DNA of 64,000 nucleotides from Escherichia coli (GTDB lineage Bacteria; Pseudomonadota; Gammaproteobacteria; Enterobacterales; Enterobacteriaceae): NCBI RefSeq assembly GCF_044324875.1, contig NZ_CP172185.1; one strand, 5' to 3'. Shown piece by piece: positions 34,907 to 43,800 of this stretch (position 1 is its first letter; each line of letters starts with the position of its first letter). The notes under the pieces were generated by a model. It saw only the letters and a program-made list of their open reading frames with translations, ran no database searches and was not told where the DNA came from. The position numbers and the translations under genes were made by a program.

Positions 34907-35476
34907 TTATATCTTCTTTATATCTAACACATCACCCTCCCATACTCGTTTAAATCTTGCTGCATTACTGGCTGTATATAATACCGTATGATGTATATTT
35001 CTGTGCCCTAAATAATCTTGTATTAGTCTGGTGTCTAACCCTTGATTAGCTAAAGCATACCCACAACCATGCCTAAGCATGTGAGGATGAATGTTAATAT
35101 TCATATTGTGACTATATTTCTTACACATCTTATACACATATTGTCTCGAGATTTTATTTCCTTGACAAGAAAGAAATAAAGAGTCTTCAAAAGGTTTTTT
35201 TACTATGTTATCACGTAGTGCTAGCCATTTTTTTAATAACAGAACAGTTTCTTTTTGCAGGGGATGTACTGTGGATAATCCATTTTTTAAACGCTTGATA
35301 TATATTGCTGACTCTGAAAAGTCAATGTCGCTAATCTTTAGTGCAATAAGCTCGCTTACCCTAAGGCCATGTACATATGCCATTTGTAACATGGCTTTAT
35401 CTCTAATTTCATTTTTTGAACCGTTGATGGCTTCAAAAAATAACAACCATTCACTATGAGTAATAAATTTGCGCAT
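34907..35476 (-). CDS. FimB/FimE-family tyrosine site-specific recombinase (IpuA/IpbA-like)
   Basis: 189-aa ORF with catalytic signature HPHMLRHGCGYALANQGLDTRLIQDYLGHRNIHHTVLYTA (R, HxxR, Y); size and sequence typical of fimbrial-switch invertases. Confidence 0.85.
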   Translation of the reverse strand: MRKFITHSEWLLFFEAINGSKNEIRDKAMLQMAYVHGLRVSELIALKISDIDFSESAIYIKRLKNGLSTVHPLQKETVLLLKKWLALRDNIVKKPFEDSLFLSCQGNKISRQYVYKMCKKYSHNMNINIHPHMLRHGCGYALANQGLDTRLIQDYLGHRNIHHTVLYTASNAARFKRVWEGDVLDIKKI

Positions 35477-36224
35477 AATACTATCGGTTATACTAATTAA
35501 GTTAAAAAATAAACTATAAATACCAGAGCCTGGTATTATTGCTTGTTTTTTATAAGCAAATAATGAGCTGGGGTTTAAATTATGCCACTAAATGGATATT
35601 CATCAATACCCCGCCAGAGAGATAGTTGCTCAGTGGGTATAGATTATTATTAGTTAACCAGTGAGCATAAATAAGCACAAAAAGTTGCGTATTGTGAATA
35701 ATAATTCAATGCCATGCTGGTGGTTTTTTTGTGGTGAAAATATTTGTACCTTTTTGTTTACGGATGAAAAATAAACAGTCATATTATTTTGGTTAATTAT
35801 TGTGTTAGTTTTAACACTCGGTGATGTTTTTTGTTATAGTGCATTAATTTTTAAATAAAAAAATTCATACATTCATGGATGTAATATATACAAGATACAA
35901 TGTTAATTTTAGATAAAATATTAATTGCATTGGATACTTTTTAAATATGCCGATGTTGAGCTTAATTTTATGAGGGAATGCTATTTCGGGGTGTAGGACT
36001 TTTTTATAATCATCTTATAGGACTCTGTATATTTACAGGAGGGTTTTGAACGATAGTTACATAACGAAGGTTGTTTGTATGCGTTTACAAGCGATTAATT
36101 AGATTAGGTGAATTTTAATAAATTAATCTATAATCATACAGCAACTATATGAATTATATTATTGACTAAGTTTAATTCTTTCATCATAGTTGGCATGGCT
36201 ATTTTATATAAATAGAGGTGATTT

Positions 36225-36854
36225 ATGCAAAACAGAAAATTTTTAACGCATCATGAAATTAATTTACTACTTCAATCTGTAAAACAAAAGAGTTGCTCTT
36301 CACGCGATGTTTGCATGATTTTATTGGCTTATTTTCATGGTCTGCGTGTTAGTGAGCTCTTATCTCTGCAGTTGTCGGATTTAGAACTAACTACAGAAAA
36401 AATATATATTCAACGGATAAAAAATGGATTCAGTACAGTCCATCCACTTCAAAAGGAAGAGGTGATTGCAATAACAAACTGGCTGAATGAAAGGAATTCA
36501 ATAAATGTTAAACATTTCAATGATAACCCGTGGTTATTTGTTTCCCGAACAGGAAAACCATTATCGAGACAACGATTTTATAACATAGTTTCTGCTGCGG
36601 GTAAAAATGCAGGTTTAAATATTAAAGTTCATCCACATATGTTACGCCATGCATGTGGTTATTCACTAGCAGATAATGGTGTGGATACCCGTCTTATTCA
36701 GGACTATCTCGGGCATCGTAATATCAGGCATACGGTAATTTATACTGCTTCTAATTCAATGCGATTTGAAAAAATGTGGGGGAGAGGTGACGCAAAAAAG
36801 CAACATTTTGACCCAAAATGTAAACCCAATCTTTGTTTAGAAATTCTCGTATAG
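36225..36854 (+). CDS. FimB/FimE-family tyrosine site-specific recombinase (IpuA/IpbA-like)
   Basis: 209-aa ORF, paralogous to 34907..35476 (HPHMLRHACGYSLADNGVDTRLIQDYLGHRNIRHTVIYTA); divergent from it. Confidence 0.85.
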   Translation: MQNRKFLTHHEINLLLQSVKQKSCSSRDVCMILLAYFHGLRVSELLSLQLSDLELTTEKIYIQRIKNGFSTVHPLQKEEVIAITNWLNERNSINVKHFNDNPWLFVSRTGKPLSRQRFYNIVSAAGKNAGLNIKVHPHMLRHACGYSLADNGVDTRLIQDYLGHRNIRHTVIYTASNSMRFEKMWGRGDAKKQHFDPKCKPNLCLEILV

Positions 36855-37171
36855 AAAAACATTTTTTTCTATAAAAAACATTAAAATTACTGATTTAGAT
36901 CAATGTGTGGCGTCAATCTACACATAAAGAGGTAGATTTGTCTTCTTTTTAATCTCTGGCGTATAAAGCCAAAATGTAAATACCAATCAAAATTATATTC
37001 TGAATTAAAATAAACACGCAGGTTTTTTACCTGCGTTTTGTGCTATTTATAGTTAATTAAATTGATGTTGTCAAAATGGGTCATTTTGTAAACCTGTGCC
37101 TCAAGGTTTGTCTCCCCCCGGTGTGCAAAGCAAAAGGAAATTGGGAAAGGGGATAACAGGAAATTGATTGC
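36855..37171. promoter_or_regulatory. Candidate invertible promoter switch (ipuS-like) between recombinase and LuxR-regulator genes
   Basis: ~320-bp AT-rich non-coding segment placed exactly where fimS-type switches sit (recombinase - switch - regulated operon); contains palindromes and a hairpin; flanking inverted repeats could not be fixed unambiguously by eye. Confidence 0.35.
37015..37040. terminator. Terminator-like hairpin inside the putative switch region
   Basis: acgcagg-tttttt-acctgcgt stem-loop followed by tttg; also T/A-rich on the other strand. Confidence 0.45.
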
Positions 37172-37792
37172 ATGGTTTTGATTACGACGACAAAAAATAT
37201 TTTTATAATTCAAGCAATTAAGAGTATGTGTTGGCGGGGTTTTTCGTACGTGAAAGTCATCGCTGTGGACGACTATTCTTCTCTGATTCGTGATTTTGGC
37301 ACATCTTGCTTTCGGGATGAGCAATCGTTGTTGTTACCTGTATTCCCTGATAATGATTCTACTACCTGTATACGCTCACTGTATTTCATTCACCAATGGC
37401 TAAAAAGCCAGCCTGTCAATATTCCGTGCCTGGCATGGGGGGATAATGGTGTAGTTAGTAATAAAGGCATACCTTTCATACCGTGGAAATTAACAGCAGA
37501 GCAATTTTGTTTCTATATAGATAAATTTATCAATGGCTGGAGGTGCAAAAAAAATATTCGCGCGAATCATAAAGTTTCTTTTTTAGAACGACAATTATCC
37601 CCGAGGGAGAAAAGTATCTTTATATATACCAAGGAAGGAAAAGATATTGCATGGATCTCGAACACCTTGGGTATATCCAGTAAGACTGTGTGGACGCATC
37701 GTCGTAGAGCTATGGATAAACTCGGGGTAAAACGTTTACATCAATTTATAAATATTCCGCGTTCCCTTATTAGTGAAAATATTCAATTATAA
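37172..37792 (+). CDS. LuxR/GerE-type HTH transcriptional regulator (IpuR-like)
   Basis: 206-aa ORF with C-terminal LuxR HTH (REKSIFIYTKEGKDIAWISNTLGISSKTVWTHRRRAMDKLGV); immediately upstream of the autotransporter gene. Confidence 0.8.
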   Translation: MVLITTTKNIFIIQAIKSMCWRGFSYVKVIAVDDYSSLIRDFGTSCFRDEQSLLLPVFPDNDSTTCIRSLYFIHQWLKSQPVNIPCLAWGDNGVVSNKGIPFIPWKLTAEQFCFYIDKFINGWRCKKNIRANHKVSFLERQLSPREKSIFIYTKEGKDIAWISNTLGISSKTVWTHRRRAMDKLGVKRLHQFINIPRSLISENIQL

Positions 37793-37816
37793 TGTACGTT
37801 CAAGAGTATTAGTGTT

Positions 37817-40800
37817 ATGAATAAAATATATAAAGTCATTTGGAACCATACAACCCAAAAATGGGATGTTGTTTCAGAATTGACGAGTTGTAGAAAAAAA
37901 TGTAAATCAACTCGCCTAGGAATTGCTTTATCAGCAATGGTTCTGGGGGGCGCTATTGCAATTAATTGCAATAACGCAATGGCAGATGTCATATTGTCAC
38001 CAGACTGGCGTCCGGGTACGAATAACTCGGGTGTTGGGGCTGCAACAGTAAGTGGTAAAACCGAATACATCACTGGTCCAAATGTCGTCCAGTCTGGTGG
38101 GTCAGGTCTTATCTGGATGACTGTAGAACAGGCAATTTTAAATGGCTACACCACTGGAGATAATTTATCCGGATTGATTTACGTCAATACCGGAGAAAAA
38201 ACAAAAACCATTACAGTGAAGGATGAGGTTACTGGCGCTTCTCAAACACTTCAAGTGTTTGATACTGACTCTTTCTCACAACGCGATGCGGGGACTGGGG
38301 GAAATGAAACCATTCCTGGTTTTAGTGGCACTGCGGATTTTTTCAATGCGACACGTTTTGTAACAGCCAATAATGGCGGTACAGCTATTTTGGATGTGGG
38401 TTCACCAGCAATCGGTAATTTTTTTAAAAATACACAGCTTGCTGTAGCTGATGGAGAAGGTTCCTCTGTTGTATGGAACTCGGTCAATGATTTTTATTTT
38501 CAGCCTGGTGCAACCATGCAGGGGGGCGGCGTTACTCAAAAAATCATTGACTCAATGAAATATGCTGGAACAATTACTGATTGGGCGGGAAAAGTACACC
38601 ATATTAACTCTCTTGATGATTTAAAGCAATATAATCAATATTTGATAAAGTCACTAGAGGACAAAACGCTATCTTATAAGCAGTATGATGCTGAATTTAA
38701 TAAGGCCCTTATTGTCACTAAGCATAATTACAATGTGGATATGACCGCTGGGGGACGCATAGACTCAACTCCTTACAAAGAAAATGTAGGGCTGCTTGCT
38801 GTTCTCCATGCAACCAATAACGCACGAGCAATATTAGGTAAAACGGGTAAATTAACTGGAGTTCTTCCTGCCTATGGGAATGGAGGAGGGATCGTTGCAA
38901 CTAATGGTGGGACCGGTGTTAATGAAGGGGTCATTGATGCCATTGGTACTGAAATGATTGCCTATCAAGACAGTACCATTGTTAACGATGGTACACTTTT
39001 TGTTTGGGATAATAATGATAAATATGCTCTCCAGGCAGAGGGGATGGTTGCCGGTAGTAATGGTTCTTCAGCCATTAATAATGGTGTTATTAATATTCGC
39101 CCATTTAAAAATGCTTTCGCTCCAGAGGGGATTAACACCGCAATTGTTGTTAGTAATGGGGGCATGGCAACAAATAAAGGCACAATAAATATTACTGCCG
39201 ATGCATCAACTAATGATAATAATGGCAAAACACGAGGTGTAAATGTTGGAGCTGGAGGCTCTTTTATTAACTCGGCCTTCGGGAGCATCAATGTAGGTAT
39301 TGCGGAGGATAAAACTGCGACTCATTCGGCTGTGGGTTCTGTTGCGATTGAAGTACAAAATGGTGCAAACAAAGTCGTTAATGAAGGTACTATTTTTTTG
39401 GGCAGGGGGGCTCAGGGGAACTACGGAATCCTGGCAAAGGATGCCGGGACTGTTGATGTGGTAAATAAAGGGAATATCACTATTGACGGTCATGACAGTG
39501 ATGCACCTGCACTGAATGTTGGCATGCTGGCAAATAATAGCTCCGGGATGAAAAACTCCGGGATTATCAATGTTAATGGTCTGAACAGCACCGGGCTACA
39601 GGTAATCAATGCAGGACAGTTGAAATCTGACGGTACGATAAATGTTGGCGGCAAGGGTATCAGTAGTGGTTTCCGTAACTATGGTGCCTGGGTGGAAGGT
39701 GCCGGAAGCAATGTTAATGTATCCGGAAAAATCAGTCTTGCCGGTACGGGGGCTGTGGGGGTTTTTGCTAAAGATGGCGGCAGTCTGACCCTGTCAGGCA
39801 ATGGTGCAGTGCTATTTGGCAGCAGCGATCAGATAGGCTTTTATGTCTATGGAAAGGACTCTGCCATTCATAATACCGGAAGCGGTGTTATGGATGTGTC
39901 CACTGAAAACTCAACATTATTCCGTATTGCCAGCGGTGCGACATTCCAGGGAACTGCAGATGCTTCTTCTGCACTTACGGCGTCTGGTAAGAACTCTTAT
40001 GCACTTATTGCCACGGGAAAATCGGATGGCGGTGTGGCCTCGACAGTAACGTCTGGAGGAATGACCATCAACCTGACGGGTGAGGGGGCTACAGCGACTT
40101 TAATTGAAGGGGGAGCGCAGGGCACAATTGAAAGTAATGCCATTATCAATATGGATAATGCCAGTGCGATAGCCGGTATTGCGGATGGCAATGGCTATGA
40201 TATTTCCGGCAAACTCATTAATCCGAAGGACAAGACCACACTATTAACGGCGGGGGCTCAGTTAAGTTCCACCCAGGATAAAGTGACCGGGTATATCGCC
40301 CGTAATGGGGCCACTCTAAATAATACCGGTAATATCATCTTTACTGGAAAGAATACAGTGGGCGTCCGGGTTGAGGAGGGGGCTGTTGGTACCAACAGCG
40401 GAAATATTACAGTTCAGGATGGTGGTGTGGGACTAATTGCTAATGCCACACAAGATGTTACAACGATTAATAACTCGGGAAATCTCGTTCTCAAGGGGGG
40501 AGATAATGCTAACCGTACAACGGGTATAAAAGCATCTGGTACAACAACAACGGTTAATATGACCGCGGGTACTATATCTTTGCAGGGACAGGGGGCGATT
40601 GGCGTTGAGGCCAGCAATAAAGGGACTGTTAACCTTGATGGTTCGGCAGTACCGAACTTTGCTGCTGACGGCTCTGGTATTACCGATCAGATTGCTTTTC
40701 GTATTATCGGAGATGGTGCAACCATTAAGACGAATATTGCAGCGGGAACTCTGCTGGATGCTAGTGGGGAACGTTCTGTACTTTTCCGTATTGAAGATGG

Positions 40801-43800
40801 GGCAAAACAGGCCGGCTCTCTGCTGATGAAAACCTCCGGGACAGGCAGCCGTGGTATCTGGGCCACAGGGAAAGGGAGCAATGTCCTGGCTGATGCTGGC
40901 AGTGATTTCCAGATCCTGGGGGCTCAGGCTCAGGGATTATATGTAACTGGTGGTGCGACAGCGACGCTGAAACAGGGGGCATCAGTTAACCTTGTAGGGG
41001 ATGGCGCTGTTGTCGCGGAAGTTGACGGAAATGAATACGCTCTGGATGGCAGTATTACACAAACGAATACTGGCTCGGTTATTACCAATGAGGCAGATAT
41101 CTCTTCGCCGCTGAATAATGCCAAGGGCTTTATTACGCGTAATCAGGGACTGTTGATTAACAGCGGCAACATTGATTTCACTACCGGTACAGATAATATC
41201 GGCGTCTGGGTTGATAATGGTCGTTTTGAAAATACAGGAAGCAGTATAGCGGTCAATGGCGTTGCATTATTTGTTGAAGGTGAACACGCTCAGATTACCA
41301 GCACGGGAGGGGATATCGTCGCTGTGGATGGTGAGGCTGCCATTAAGCTGGGGGCGGGCGCGTCACTGAACCTGGCAGGGAGTGGCCTGGGAACGATCGA
41401 AGGTCAGAAAAATGCGCATGGCATCCTGCTGGATACAGGGGCTGTGGGGCTGGTTATTGATGGTGCGAAAATCAATGTTAATGCTGCAGGTGCGGTCGGT
41501 CACGGGATTGAGAACCGTGCAGAAATTGAAGGCATTCAGTTAACCAATACGACTGAAATTAATGTGGCTGATGGCATTGGTGTGCGGACTTCTGCTTCTC
41601 TGGCCAAGACCAACAGCGGCACTATTAATGTAGACGGCAGTGGAATTGCACTGGCGTTCCAGAAAGCTGACGGAAGTGAAACCGATAATAACCTGGATAT
41701 GTCTGACTCCGCTGGATTAGTCATTAATCTGAAAGGCACGGGCGGCACGGGTATTTTTGCCAACACTAAAGATGGTGCTGTCGTGAAGAGTGGTGCAAGT
41801 GTCAATGTTACACAGGCCGATGGCGGTTCCGCTCTGGTGGTTAACAATGCGGCCAGTGAAGTGGTTCAGAGCGGTAATCTCATCTCTGCTTCTCTGAGTC
41901 ATGCCGTAGTGGATGCTTCAAAAGCACAGTCCTTTACCAATAAAGGTCAGATTAAAGCTGCGTCCGCCACCGGGACTGCAATGGCGTTTGATGACGCAGT
42001 GAATACCACCGTACTGAATGACAGCGGTGCTGAAATTCAGGGGGTTGTGGCTCTGAACGGCGGTGATAACACATTCACCAATAAAGGCAGTATTACCGGA
42101 ACCGTCAGTGCAAAAGAGGGTAACAATACATTTTTATTTGATGATGGCAGCACACTGACAGGAGAAGTGACTGCAGGAAATGGCAATAATAATGTAACAC
42201 TCAATGGTAAGGCTCATGTTGATCAGGTTACTGCCGGTACCGGGAAGAACACCTTCACCATTAAAGGCGAAGGGGCAACCTGGAACCTGCTGGATGGCGG
42301 GCAGGGAGATTCTGATTCCCTGATTTTTGATAACGCCATTCATACGCTGGATTCTGTTGTAAAACTACAGAATTTTGAACATGTCGGGCTGAAGAACAGT
42401 TCACTTGTCACTCTGAAGGAAGCTCTTGTGCTGACCGATGGGGGGACCGGCCCGGGGTCCGTCGATATTGAATCGGGCAGCGAACTGGCCATTATTCCTG
42501 CAGTTGCAGGCAACTTTACCTTTGATCCACTGTTAACAGGCAAAGGAACACTGTCTGCCCGTCTTGATGCCGACACATCTGCTTTTGAATTCAGCCATAA
42601 CGTCGGGGATCAATTTGCCGGAACTCTGAAGCTGGGTACCAGTAGCTTTGCTCTGGAAGGGCTGAATACGAGCGGGTTAACCCATGCAATGCTGATGTCT
42701 GAAAGCGGGAATATCACAACGGTTGGCTCCGGTGTTCAGCAGATTGGCGGTCTTGGGCTCAATGGCGGAACGCTGATTTTTGGTTCCGTTATGCCGGGCG
42801 ATACCATTGCCAGCAACAGTATTGAAACCTCTGCTGCAGGTACGCTGGATATTCGGGGGAAAGGCACAATTCAGGTCACCATGCCAGATGAAGTGATTAA
42901 TGATATTCCGGCTGTTGATACCCGTAAGAATTTGCTGGAGCAGGATGATGCGCAGACCCTGGTCACACTGGTGAATGCAGCGGGTACCGTCACCGGTACT
43001 GGCGGGCAACTGCAACTGGTGGATGAAAACGGGCAGGCTATTTCTCACAGTCAGACGTTTGATGTCACTCAGGGCGGTGAAGTTGTAGCTCAGGGAAATT
43101 ATGACTATAAGCTGCTGGGAAGCTCCGACGGGATTAAAGGTGACGGACTGTACATAGGCTATGGGCTGAAGTCGCTGGATTTACAGGGAACCGGTGATAA
43201 AGCGCTGGTGCTGACACCGAGAGCGAATGCCCAAGGACTGCAGACAGATCTTGGCGCACAGTTAACGGGGGCAGGGGATCTGGCCATCGAAGCTGCGGGG
43301 CAGGTTGTCACACTGTCTAACGGCGGTAATAACTATACCGGGGATACGCTGGTGCGCAGCGGCACATTACAGATGGCAAATGACAATGTTCTTGGCGCAA
43401 CAGGTAATCTGAACGTCGCCAGCAATGCCGTCTTCAGAACAAACGGATACAGCCAGACTGTCGGTGTACTGCAGACAGAAACGGGATCGCACATTCAGCT
43501 TGATAGCGGTAGTGTGCTAACGGTCAGCGGCACGCAGCGTCAGCCGGGCGATGATAATGGTGGCGTCATTGAAAACAACGTGCTGTCCGGTGAGGGAACG
43601 CTGGCTGTCACGGGCAGCGACCTGACGGTACATGGCACCAATATCGGGTTTACCGGTAATGCCAGCCTTACCCAGGGGGCGCTGGTTGAAATGAACGGCG
43701 CACAGGGGCTGGGAAGCCAGGGTTCCATCAGCTTTGAAAGCCTTAGTGATCGCCTGGCGATTGATATCGCCGACGGTAGCGGAGTCAGCAGTAACCTGAG

